A DNA stretch of 64,000 nt from the NCBI GenBank assembly GCA_945638575.1, contig CALZDP010000004.1, forward strand, positions 8,485 through 72,484, in the 5' to 3' direction. Source of the DNA: an uncultured Clostridia bacterium (GTDB lineage Bacteria > Bacillota > Clostridia > Christensenellales > Borkfalkiaceae). Under the pieces are notes generated by a model. The model saw nothing but the letters and a program-made list of their open reading frames with translations. It did not search any database and was not told where the DNA came from. Position numbers and translations under genes: made by a program. Of this stretch, positions 47,463 through 56,680 are shown piece by piece. Position 1 is the stretch's first letter, and every line of letters begins with the position of its first letter.

Positions 47463-48020
47463 TTAATATAAAAATTCGACCTTCAAAGTAAAATCATCAT
47501 CGCCTATTTTGTAATTTATGTCGTAAAAATAAATGACTTTGCCCGTAAAACACAGATTTATAAAAACTTCTTTGCAATCGCTTACGGGATTTATGAAAAA
47601 GTCGGACAAATACTTTTGCTTTACGGCGGCGCTAAAAACCTTAGCGGAAGCAGACTTTTGGCTTTTATCCGTAAAATAACGATTGCGAAACTTAAAATAA
47701 ACGGGCGGACTTTTGGCGGCGAAAGTGTAATTAAAAGTTTCATACACGTCTTTTGACAAAGGGTTTTCGGATAATTTTTGCTCGGTTACCGTAACCGAAT
47801 ATCCGCCGTCCGATTTTTCGTAAAAGGAGATTTTTTTGTTTACCGTTTCGCCGTAATAGGTTTGGGTAAGCGTTATTTTGATTTTATCCGCTTTATCGAA
47901 ATTTTCAAACGCGCGCTTTGCCGAATTAACGGGACTAAAGTATACCGCGGTTATCGCGGTTGCAATAATGCCGACCGAAAGGACTGAAGATAATAAAATT
48001 ATTAAAACTTTTTTACTCAT
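47463..48020 (-). CDS. Hypothetical membrane-anchored protein, translationally coupled to the giant surface protein gene
   Basis: N-terminal signal-anchor MSKKVLIILLSSVLSVGIIATAITAVYF; ATGA start/stop overlap with the upstream gene. Confidence 0.6.
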   Translation of the reverse strand: MSKKVLIILLSSVLSVGIIATAITAVYFSPVNSAKRAFENFDKADKIKITLTQTYYGETVNKKISFYEKSDGGYSVTVTEQKLSENPLSKDVYETFNYTFAAKSPPVYFKFRNRYFTDKSQKSASAKVFSAAVKQKYLSDFFINPVSDCKEVFINLCFTGKVIYFYDINYKIGDDDFTLKVEFLY

Positions 48021-51000
48021 GACTTGCCCCCTTTCGGTTTTAGCGCGATAGCCGTAAAAAACGTTAGCAGCAAAAGGGATAAATCCCCTAAGTTTTTTGT
48101 ACCCAAAGCGCCGTTTGCGGTTTCGTAATTTTGTGTTTTATCGTTATAAAAATCTTCGTAAGCCTTTATATATTGCTCGATAACCGACTTATAGGCGGAT
48201 ATTTTGTTAATTTGGGCATTATCGCCTTCGGTAAAAAAAGCGACAACTTCCTTAATTTTCAACAGATTAGTCATTTTTAAAGACTCTTCTTTTTTAAGTT
48301 CTTCAAGCAAAGCGGAAATTTTATCTACTTTACCTTTTACGTCGACGCAGGCTGTAAAGGTTTTTACCGCTTCGCCCTTATAGTTATCGTCTATAACGGT
48401 TATTTTTACTGAAAATTCCCCCTCCTTATCGGGGTTTGAAACAAGCGTTTCTCCATAATAATATTCTTCTTTAAGTTTAGCGTTATATCCTAAAAGTCGA
48501 GCTATAGGTCGGTTTTTGCCTATTACGATAAACTTTCCGTAATCGGAATCAACATCTATATATTGACCTATGTCCGCCTTATCTACCGTTAAAATAAAGG
48601 CGTTGGAATTTGTAAATTCAAAGTATCTGTCGTCAAGATAAACTTTTACGGTATAACTTCCGGCGTTTACTACCTTATTGTCGTTATCGCCCGTTACGGT
48701 TATATAAAAGCCTTGCGGAGATAGTCCGCCAAGACCGCCGATGTTTTTATTTACGTCAAAAAATTCTATTTGATTTCCGTTGTAAACAAAATCTGTTTTC
48801 ACGTCTTTAAGCCATACCTGTTTTTTGGTAACAAAAAGATTGCATGATTTAGCGGTAACGCAATAATTGGGGTTACAGTCAAAAATGTACAAGCGGTAAT
48901 TGCCTATCATGTCGGGAGCGCCGAAAAACTCTGTGTCGATTTTCAGGTCGTCCTTTTTTGCAAAAAACTCAAGCGACAACTCGTCGCCGTCTAACAGGCT
49001 TCCGCTTGTTACCGTAAAGGAAACCTTTTTTGCGATTTCATTAAAAGTGTCGGTAAATTCCGCATAGACGTCATCAAGTTCAAGGGTTACTTCACGCTTT
49101 GTAATCGTCAAAAGGGAGTGATCGCCGTATTCGTAATCAAAATTTACGGTGAAATTGTCGTTTATTTTTTGGGCGTAAATTTTGTAACTTCCTACTGCGT
49201 TTTGGTTGTCGCAAGTAATTTTAATCACATTTTCAAGACATATGCCGTACGGCAGATCTGTCGACGCAGCCGTTATATTTATATTTTCCCCGTACACCGC
49301 ACTGACGTTTGGAAGGCTTACGGTAATATTAAGCGGCAAAATTTCCGCATTTGCACCGATAAAATCAATGCGGTAGTTTGGATTTGTCGGCGTTGCAAAA
49401 ATTTTATAAACGCCGACCGTGTCGCCTTTTTCACGATATAAATCGACAATCTTTGAAAGTTCGTCAAAGTAGGCAAGGCTTCCTTTGATTACTCGGACGG
49501 TAAGTTCAAAATCTTCGCCGTATTTAGCCGAAACGGGATTTGCCGTAACCGTAATCGGCCTTGGCAATATATCGTATTTTGCGTCTATTACGATAACGTC
49601 ATAATTGTCATTGACACATTCCGCGCTTATTTTATAACTTCCCACCCCTTCGCCTTGTTCGCGAAAGAAAGTCAAAATTTTGCCTATACTGTCAAACTCG
49701 CAAACATAGCCTTTTATTATACTGCAGGAAATCGCCTCGTCAAAATCGCCGTAAAACTTTATCTTATCATCTATTTTGACGGTTATACGGCGCGGTAAAA
49801 CCTTTATTTGTTTGAAGGAATTTATAAAGTAATTCGTGTTTAAACATTCCGCCGAAACAAATTCGTTTACGGTAAATTTAGCATTGCAAACTTCAAGCGG
49901 AATATCGGAAACAAAATTCAAACTTTCCGCCCTATCGCCGTAGTATATGTAATCTTCGACGGCGGTAATGTTTACGGGACAGGGCTTAACGGTAAAGTTT
50001 GCATAAAACTTGCTTTCGTTAATCTCTGCCGTAACAAGATAACTTCCTTTATTTAAAATTTTCGAAACAACACAGCCGTCAAGTGTTACGGTTATATTTA
50101 CGGAAGGGGTAACGGCAGTATTCAAATTGTCGATTGCGGAAACGGTAAAATCCAAACTTTTGCCGTCGTATACCTTTTCGTCTCCGCTTGTAAAACCGAA
50201 ATTAACGGTATATCTTCCGCCCTTTAAAACGGTAAGGGTTGCGGTATTGCCTTCCGCTATAAAATTATCGTTATCGAAAACAGGCGTAACTGTGTAAACG
50301 CCTTCGGTCAAAATTTCGGATAAGTTGCCCGATAGGTCGATTATTGCGCTGTTTTTGTCATTTGAAACCTTGAAATATTTTATGGCGTTATAGTCCGAAA
50401 CGTAATCGAAAGGGATAATATTACATTCGTTTAGATACACGGTTTTATCTTTAATTTTTACGGTTATCTTTCTTTTTGCGATTTCGTAATTTGCATTGGC
50501 AAAAATTACGTCATAAAAAGGGCTGTCGCATTTACCCGTAACAGAATAATTGCCTGCAACGGAATTATCAGTTGCGGTTGTGTAAAGGGTAACGGACGGT
50601 TGGTCGGAAAGTTCTTCGGTAAATCTTCCGGTAAGCGGTTTAATCGCGTCAAGATAAACACCGCTTTTGCTATCGATAATATAGGTAACTTTTTTAGGGT
50701 TGACGTTTGTCAAAACCTTTTCCAAAGTATATGAAACGCCGTTAAAGTTGCCCGTGTATTCCGCCCTAACCGTAATATCGCCCAAACTGTAGCTATAATC
50801 GTAAAGGGTTGCCGTTTGGATGATTTTAGTACCGTCGACAGATAAGGTTACAACCTTTGTCGAAGTATCGCCGTAAGTTACGTTTTGCGCGCAAAAGTCG
50901 ATAACGTAACTAAAATCGCAGTAACCGTCTAATACGGTTTTTATAAAAGATAAATCCTCGGCGTTTCTGTTTTCGGTTAAATTCAGGTACTCGTTATAGA

Positions 51001-52948
51001 CGGAAGTTACCGATTCTTTACTCAAATGTCCGCCTATAAGCCCGTTATAGTTGTTTTTATAGTCGTCAAAACTATTTAGATAAAAATAAACTTTATGGGT
51101 TAAACTATCCAAAATATACCCGTCGCTTGTAAAATCGGCAACGGCAACATAGTCGCTTGTTTTGTTGTAATCGGGGGTAACTTCTATTCTTTCGGTCCGT
51201 CCGCCGTAGAAACTAACGATAGCGAAAAACTTACGCGCAAAACCTTCTTTAATGACGTAATCGTCATCTAATACTATGCTTTTTACAACGCTGTCAAGCA
51301 AAACGTCGCTATCATAAACCACTTCCGCTTTACGGCTGAAATTATCTTTGCCTGCAGTATGGTAAGTTACGCCGTCGGACAAATAAATTTCGGCGGTAAA
51401 TTTACCGTCTTTATTAGTGTAATAATCTTTGCCGTTAAGGTTTACGCACACGTTTTTAACTGCTTCACCTATGTAAAAGGTTACGTCCGAAACATAACCG
51501 CCATCTGTAAAACATAAAAACCTGCCCGTACAAGTTTGGTTGATTTCAATAATATGATTTTTATATTCTGTCGGCAAATCGCCGTAAATAACCTTGTCTA
51601 TGCTAACCGTTTTTAATAAAAACGGGCTTATAGCCCCGCTTTTATAGGTTTTGCCCCTTTCAAGAGCGATAAACCCGTTAAGCGCATAGGCTTTTGCGGA
51701 CGCCGTAAATTCACAAAGATTACCGAATTTTTTAACGGAAAAGCCTTCCGTAACGGTATCCGTTAACAGGGCGGTTTCGGACACGTTTATAAGTCCGTTT
51801 TGCGATTCGGTTTGCACCGTTCCGTAAAAACGTCCGTTAATGTTTAAAGTGCCGTTTACTATCAAACTTCCGCTGCCGCTTAAACCCATTTTTTGTAAAG
51901 TTTGGCTGTCTAAATAGGATACGCCCGAATATTCTCCGCTGTAAAAACCGTCGTAAACGCCAAACGTTCCGTCTACATTTAAACTTGCACCGTCAAAAAC
52001 CTTAAAAGTTGCGCCGGTCATTATTTTAAGTTTTGCGTTTTCGGTTACGTTAAAATTGCCTTCCTTTACGTTGATATCCCAAAAATAAGGAACGGACAGA
52101 AAGCGGTTAAAAGAGGAATAGGTTTTATCAAATACAAAATCCGCGCTTTTTACGCTTACGTTGCCGTAAAAGGATAAATCCGTTTTGCATAGGTTGTCGA
52201 TACCGCATACTTTAGCGTCAAGATTTTGATTTTTGTCATAGGAAATTTCCGCCCTTCCGTCCGTAAGAGCGAACAAACCGTCGCTTGCGATAAAATTTAT
52301 AAATGTTTCGCTCGGCAAAACGCCCAAAAAACGACCGTTTGCGTTTATAGTCCTTTTGATTTTTACGGTGTTTAAATAATATTGATTAAACGGAAGGTTT
52401 CCCCTTTTATAGATATCATCCGCAACTTCACTAAAATAGTCGGGTATAAAAAGCGGTTCGTAAAAGGTTCCGTTTACTGTAATACAGCCTTCGCCGACGA
52501 CTAAAGCATAAACTTCCAAAACGCCGTTCACGGTAATATTGCCGTTACAAACCACAGCGTCGGGCGTAGCGGAAGTCAAATCATCTTTATTGCCGATTAG
52601 CATTTTACCGTCGACGACTAAATTTACATCGCTATTTATTACCAAACCGCAGCAGTCCGCACTTAAAGTTACGCCCTTTGGAACGGTAAGGTCGGAATCG
52701 ATTACTCCGTTTTCTATATAAACGGTTTTACCGACGTCGGCTTTATTTAAAGCCTCGCTTAAAGTATAAACCTTGCCGTCAAGCGTGGCGGTAATTTTTG
52801 AATTACCGTCAAAATTTTTCCTAAGGCCGTCTATAAGCCCGTTAGCGCAATAAATCGGCATGGTTTTTATGATAACCGAAACACCTATAATCAAAAGAAA
52901 AGTCAAAAAGATTTCGGCTATTTTTGAAATTTTTTCTGAAAAATTCAT
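48017..52948 (-). CDS. Giant (1643 aa) cell-surface protein with beta-helix-like N-terminal region and multiple MBG (YGx-type) repeat domains
   Basis: N-terminal signal-anchor. Repeated modules of the form ...KYGE/YGD...GSL...D....L.REKG..VGxYKI......NPNY.I.....A...ILP..ITV (e.g. ITVTANPVSAKYGEDFELTV...GDTVGVYKIFATPTNPNYRIDFIGANAEILPLNITV). C-terminal hydrophobic helix plus basic tail. Confidence 0.8.
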   Translation of the reverse strand: MNFSEKISKIAEIFLTFLLIIGVSVIIKTMPIYCANGLIDGLRKNFDGNSKITATLDGKVYTLSEALNKADVGKTVYIENGVIDSDLTVPKGVTLSADCCGLVINSDVNLVVDGKMLIGNKDDLTSATPDAVVCNGNITVNGVLEVYALVVGEGCITVNGTFYEPLFIPDYFSEVADDIYKRGNLPFNQYYLNTVKIKRTINANGRFLGVLPSETFINFIASDGLFALTDGRAEISYDKNQNLDAKVCGIDNLCKTDLSFYGNVSVKSADFVFDKTYSSFNRFLSVPYFWDINVKEGNFNVTENAKLKIMTGATFKVFDGASLNVDGTFGVYDGFYSGEYSGVSYLDSQTLQKMGLSGSGSLIVNGTLNINGRFYGTVQTESQNGLINVSETALLTDTVTEGFSVKKFGNLCEFTASAKAYALNGFIALERGKTYKSGAISPFLLKTVSIDKVIYGDLPTEYKNHIIEINQTCTGRFLCFTDGGYVSDVTFYIGEAVKNVCVNLNGKDYYTNKDGKFTAEIYLSDGVTYHTAGKDNFSRKAEVVYDSDVLLDSVVKSIVLDDDYVIKEGFARKFFAIVSFYGGRTERIEVTPDYNKTSDYVAVADFTSDGYILDSLTHKVYFYLNSFDDYKNNYNGLIGGHLSKESVTSVYNEYLNLTENRNAEDLSFIKTVLDGYCDFSYVIDFCAQNVTYGDTSTKVVTLSVDGTKIIQTATLYDYSYSLGDITVRAEYTGNFNGVSYTLEKVLTNVNPKKVTYIIDSKSGVYLDAIKPLTGRFTEELSDQPSVTLYTTATDNSVAGNYSVTGKCDSPFYDVIFANANYEIAKRKITVKIKDKTVYLNECNIIPFDYVSDYNAIKYFKVSNDKNSAIIDLSGNLSEILTEGVYTVTPVFDNDNFIAEGNTATLTVLKGGRYTVNFGFTSGDEKVYDGKSLDFTVSAIDNLNTAVTPSVNITVTLDGCVVSKILNKGSYLVTAEINESKFYANFTVKPCPVNITAVEDYIYYGDRAESLNFVSDIPLEVCNAKFTVNEFVSAECLNTNYFINSFKQIKVLPRRITVKIDDKIKFYGDFDEAISCSIIKGYVCEFDSIGKILTFFREQGEGVGSYKISAECVNDNYDVIVIDAKYDILPRPITVTANPVSAKYGEDFELTVRVIKGSLAYFDELSKIVDLYREKGDTVGVYKIFATPTNPNYRIDFIGANAEILPLNITVSLPNVSAVYGENINITAASTDLPYGICLENVIKITCDNQNAVGSYKIYAQKINDNFTVNFDYEYGDHSLLTITKREVTLELDDVYAEFTDTFNEIAKKVSFTVTSGSLLDGDELSLEFFAKKDDLKIDTEFFGAPDMIGNYRLYIFDCNPNYCVTAKSCNLFVTKKQVWLKDVKTDFVYNGNQIEFFDVNKNIGGLGGLSPQGFYITVTGDNDNKVVNAGSYTVKVYLDDRYFEFTNSNAFILTVDKADIGQYIDVDSDYGKFIVIGKNRPIARLLGYNAKLKEEYYYGETLVSNPDKEGEFSVKITVIDDNYKGEAVKTFTACVDVKGKVDKISALLEELKKEESLKMTNLLKIKEVVAFFTEGDNAQINKISAYKSVIEQYIKAYEDFYNDKTQNYETANGALGTKNLGDLSLLLLTFFTAIALKPKGGKS
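51024..51047 (+). repeat. Motif copy inside the giant surface-protein CDS (AAATGTCCGCCTATAAGCCCGTTA), encoding ...YNGLIGGH...
   Basis: Read directly; the protein shows NNYNGLIGGHLSKE. Confidence 0.9.
51618..51643 (-). repeat. Motif copy inside the giant surface-protein CDS (AAAACGGGCTTATAGCCCCGCTTTT), encoding ...KSGAISPFL...
   Basis: Read directly; this uses a different reading frame from the other in-gene copies. Confidence 0.85.
52825..52844 (+). repeat. Partial motif copy inside the giant surface-protein CDS (GGCCGTCTATAAGCCCGTTA), encoding ...ANGLIDG...
   Basis: Read directly. Confidence 0.75.
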
Positions 52949-52970
52949 AACGTTACCTATATGGTTATAA

Positions 52971-53010
52971 ACAAAAATGCGCAGTAAATATAAACACTGC
53001 GCATATTTTA
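52971..53010. terminator. Terminator-like hairpin about 25 nt upstream of the giant gene start
   Basis: ATGCGCAGT-(10 nt)-ACTGCGCAT with an A-run upstream and a T-rich tract downstream, so it is bidirectional in form. On the minus strand it is followed by TTTTTGTTT. Confidence 0.55.
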
Positions 53011-53329
53011 TAAAATACTTAAATTTGCAAAGTAGATATACACTCTCGTCAATATTCCGCCGACGGTTATATAAAGCAACGCAAGGGGCGCAAACGAACT
53101 ATCGGAAGTTATTTTGATAGTTAAAACACTTTGGCAGGTTAAAAACCGCTAATTAAATATTTTTAATATCTTTCATATGCGTGTCGTTAAAATTGCTTCT
53201 TACTTTTAAAGAATGAATTTTGTCTTAAAATAGATTATCGAAACCTAACGGCGAAATACCTACGGTAAGCAAATTTGACGCAATTCATAAGCAAAAATCT
53301 TTAAAAAACCGTGATAGCAAATTGACCTC

Positions 53330-54094
53330 TTATTTACGTTTTCTTTTTGCTTTGGTGTCGTCTATAATTTTTTTGCTTTGCTCTACAAGGTATCTGTTAA
53401 GTTCGTAAACAACTTCCCCAGGACCTTTAAGCGAGAAAATGAAACTGTTTTTTTGTTTTAATTTTTCGGCATTCTGTTTAATGTTAAGCCTAAACTGTTC
53501 GTATTTAACGACGATGTCGTTTTCGGTCGCCCATTTTTTGATTTTTGCAACCACCCTGAAGGAGTAGAAGTTATCCAAAATGAAGATACCGCTAAGTATA
53601 CCTAAAATGAAATAGAATTCCGTATGTACCGCAACGAATTCCGCCATAACGGAGACGTAAGGATGCAATAAAAGGTTATAAACGGCGCCGATTACGCCCC
53701 AGATTAAGGAAAACAGCGGACAAATAATGCCTTGAATATTGCCCTTTCGGTCGGAATAATCCCAAAGTTTTACCTTAAGCCCTTTTATAAAAATAATGCC
53801 TGTTACGTATTCGAGCAAGGTCATAAGAAGGGTAATAACCGCAATCAAACAAACCTTTTGCAAAAAAATGTTTTGGATAAATGAAAGGTCTATAGAGGAC
53901 ATTCCGTACAATCCCAAAAGCCCCAACCCGTATAACGGCAACCACGGACCTGCCAAAAAGCCGGGATTAACCCACTTTTTATGGGCAAATCTTCTGAAAA
54001 ACAGTTCCATTACCCAACCGCACATAGCCCCGAAGAAAAATATCTGCACAAGTTTTATTAAAATTATCATAAACTTACCTTTTGTTAATTTCAA
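53330..54094 (-). CDS. Putative ABC-transporter type IV family membrane protein (PF06541-like)
   Basis: 254 aa; FFFGAMCGWVMELFFRRF...NPGFLAGPWLPLYG signature recalled from this family. Confidence 0.6.
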   Translation of the reverse strand: MKLTKGKFMIILIKLVQIFFFGAMCGWVMELFFRRFAHKKWVNPGFLAGPWLPLYGLGLLGLYGMSSIDLSFIQNIFLQKVCLIAVITLLMTLLEYVTGIIFIKGLKVKLWDYSDRKGNIQGIICPLFSLIWGVIGAVYNLLLHPYVSVMAEFVAVHTEFYFILGILSGIFILDNFYSFRVVAKIKKWATENDIVVKYEQFRLNIKQNAEKLKQKNSFIFSLKGPGEVVYELNRYLVEQSKKIIDDTKAKRKRK

Positions 54095-54139
54095 AAATCA
54101 CAGAACTTTCAGCCCTTGAATTGTAACCCTTGTTCGGTC

Positions 54140-54715
54140 TTATAAAGAATTATAAAGATTTTGTACGAGTGAAAGGAATTCGTCGGGTTCGGAAAGTTCC
54201 AATTTTATTTTATCGTTTATGCCGGTTACGGTAACCGTATTACGTTTTTTTGTTACGTCAATCAAATCTTCAAGGCGTATGACCTTGCTTTCGGTGTAGT
54301 TGGCTTTACCGCAGGCAATAATTTTATCGCTTGTTAAAATTACCGTAAAGTTACCTGTACGCACCGCCTTACGATAAATGCAAATGCCCCAGAAAACTTC
54401 CGGCACGATATGCGCTATAAGGCAGGCTACCGCAATAACTGTGGTAAAAGTGGTGTTTAGGTCGGCTATAATTTTAGTGAACAGCGACGAACTGAATATA
54501 AATGCGTCCGCACCGACGGAAATCACGGCGCAGACAAAAAGCAAAACCGTTTCTATATACGGGCTTTTTACCTTTTTGGGCTTTACTATTGCTATAAGTT
54601 TGGTCGGCGGAAACAACGTTGCGATAGGAAGTTCCTCGTCAAGCATGGGGTGGTCTTCGGCAAGAAATATCTCCCGTTCCTTTTCCGTTTTCTTTTTGGT
54701 TTGGAAATTACTCAT
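54140..54715 (-). CDS. Hypothetical membrane protein (two TM helices plus a small C-terminal domain)
   Basis: ORF with an 8-nt overlap to upstream tcdA; two hydrophobic segments. No family recognised. Confidence 0.55.
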   Translation of the reverse strand: MSNFQTKKKTEKEREIFLAEDHPMLDEELPIATLFPPTKLIAIVKPKKVKSPYIETVLLFVCAVISVGADAFIFSSSLFTKIIADLNTTFTTVIAVACLIAHIVPEVFWGICIYRKAVRTGNFTVILTSDKIIACGKANYTESKVIRLEDLIDVTKKRNTVTVTGINDKIKLELSEPDEFLSLVQNLYNSL

Positions 54716-55457
54716 TAACTTCTCCTTTACTTTGAATTAAATCTTTTATTACCTCGGAAGCAATAATAAAACCTGCCACCGGCGGTACGAAAGATATGCT
54801 TGCAGGCACACGCTTATCGCCGAGCGGAGAGATAGGCTCTTCTTCGGAATACACTGTTTTAAGACTTTCTATATTACGTTTACGCAGTTCCCTTCTTATG
54901 ACCTTTGCAAGCGGACAGACTTTGGTTTGATAAATATCCCCTACTTTAAAAGCGGTGGGATTCAACTTGTTTCCCGTACCTAAACAGGCGATAACGGGCT
55001 TATAGGCGGACTTTGAGGCTTCGCACAGTAAAATTTTCGCCGTTACCGTATCCACGCAATCCACTACGTAATCGTAACTTTGAAAATCAAAAAGGCGCAA
55101 GGTTTCCGCCGAAAAATATACGGGGAATTTTTCCACTTCGATATTCGGATTTATGTCCTTAAGCCTGTCGTAAGCAACGTCGGTTTTTAATTTTCCGACG
55201 GTAGAGTTAAGCGCGTAAAGTTGTCGATTTATGTTGGTAACGTCAACTTTGTCTCCGTCGCAGATAACAAGTTTGCCAACCCCTGCGCGGGCAAGGGCTT
55301 CCGCCGTAAAAGACCCGACGCCGCCAAGCCCGAAAAGGGCGACTGTTTTATGAGCGAGCAAAAGACGCTTATCTTTACCTATTAAGTTATCTTCCCTTGA
55401 AAAAATATCAGACAATTTTACCACCGTCGATTTTAAAAGTTTTGTAATCTGCGTCAT
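54708..55457 (-). CDS. tcdA: tRNA threonylcarbamoyladenosine dehydratase (ThiF/MoeB-like E1 fold, TcdA)
   Basis: FSREDNLIGKDKRLLLAHKTVALFGLGGVGS Rossmann motif and DCVD. The real start is probably the GTG/TTG near 55418-55427, not ATG 55457. Confidence 0.8.
   Translation of the reverse strand: MTQITKLLKSTVVKLSDIFSREDNLIGKDKRLLLAHKTVALFGLGGVGSFTAEALARAGVGKLVICDGDKVDVTNINRQLYALNSTVGKLKTDVAYDRLKDINPNIEVEKFPVYFSAETLRLFDFQSYDYVVDCVDTVTAKILLCEASKSAYKPVIACLGTGNKLNPTAFKVGDIYQTKVCPLAKVIRRELRKRNIESLKTVYSEEEPISPLGDKRVPASISFVPPVAGFIIASEVIKDLIQSKGEVNE
54992..55014 (-). repeat. Motif copy inside tcdA (TAACGGGCTTATAGGCGGACTTT), encoding ...KSAYKPVI...
   Basis: Read directly; the protein shows ASKSAYKPVIACLG. 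Confidence 0.9.
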
Positions 55458-56493
55458 AAAGGCTTTGGTCCACGTGGGTACAGGTAACGATAGTTTGTAC
55501 GCCGTCTATGGCTTTAAGCAATCTTTTTTGACGGTAAAGGTCAAGTTCGCTCATGGCGTCATCTAAAATAAGAACGGGGTATTCCCCGAAATGTTCTTTA
55601 TACACGTTAAGTTCCGCAAGTTTAAGGGAAATAGCGGCTGTGCGCTGTTGACCTTGGGACCCGTAATTTTTAACGTCTTCACCGCTGACGGTGATTTTTA
55701 AATCTTCCCTGTGCGGGCCTACGGTGGTGTAACCCAAAATTACGTCCTTTTCCATATTGACTGCGAGCGCCGTCTTTATGTTTTCGTAAATTTCCTCTTT
55801 AGTGTCGGCGTATTTGCCGACTAAAGAAACCTCTAAATCCTCTTTGCCGTCGGTAATAAAAGAATGTGCTTCCTTGCAAAAAGGGGCAAGTTTTTTAACG
55901 TAATCGCGCCGTGCGCCTATTATATCGGCGGCGTAAACGGATAATTGTTCGTCCCACACCGGCAAAGTGTCGAAAATAACGCTTTTATCGGGGTTTTTAA
56001 GCAGGTTATTGCGCTGATTCAAAATCTTTTTATAAACGGACAACGCCGAAAAATACTGTTTGTTCAGTTGAGAAATGGAAATATCCAAAAATCTTCTTCT
56101 GTCTTCGGGGCTTTCTTGAACAAGTTTAAGTTCGCCGGGGTTAAAAAATACCGCAAAAAGATTGCCCAATAAGTCCGAAACCTTTTTTGTTTCCTGCCCG
56201 TTTACGGTAACCGATTTATTTGCGTCCGCAAAATACTCGATTTTAGCGCTGACCGCGCCGTAAGAAGTAATCGCTTCGGCAGAGATTTCGGCGGAACGCT
56301 CCCCGTAACGGATGACCTGTTTATCCCGCTTCACCTTAGGCGAATACCCCGTTGCAAGCAAAAAAACAGCCTCGACGGCGTTGGTCTTGCCCTGTGCGTT
56401 GCGACCGCAAATTATATTAAGTCCGTCCGAAAAATCGAATTCCTCTCTTTCGTAATTACGGAAGTTTTTAAGATTTAATTTTTTTACAAACAT
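55408..56493 (-). CDS. recF: DNA replication and repair protein RecF
   Basis: 361 aa, Walker A GRNAQGKTN, signature GSQGQQRT, Walker B LILDDAMSELD. Confidence 0.93.
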   Translation of the reverse strand: MFVKKLNLKNFRNYEREEFDFSDGLNIICGRNAQGKTNAVEAVFLLATGYSPKVKRDKQVIRYGERSAEISAEAITSYGAVSAKIEYFADANKSVTVNGQETKKVSDLLGNLFAVFFNPGELKLVQESPEDRRRFLDISISQLNKQYFSALSVYKKILNQRNNLLKNPDKSVIFDTLPVWDEQLSVYAADIIGARRDYVKKLAPFCKEAHSFITDGKEDLEVSLVGKYADTKEEIYENIKTALAVNMEKDVILGYTTVGPHREDLKITVSGEDVKNYGSQGQQRTAAISLKLAELNVYKEHFGEYPVLILDDAMSELDLYRQKRLLKAIDGVQTIVTCTHVDQSLYDADYKTFKIDGGKIV

Positions 56494-56680
56494 TTACTAT
56501 CGCTACGAGCAAAAAACCTTGCTTTTTTTTACCTTTTATAATACAATTAGAATAATTAAATTATATAGGTTATTGCCGTTTGTGTCAACATAAATTTAAC
56601 TTTTACACTTAAAAACCCTTGTTAGCAGAGTTGACAGAAGGCATTTTTTACCGAAAACTTAAATTACAGGGGCTTACGCT

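Noticed and set aside
56494-56680. recF-dnaA spacer as oriC
   Set aside because: It is AT-rich and in the classical position. However, I could not find any 9-mer within one mismatch of TTATCCACA or TGTGGATAA by eye, so I do not call an origin. A PWM scan and GC-skew analysis are needed.
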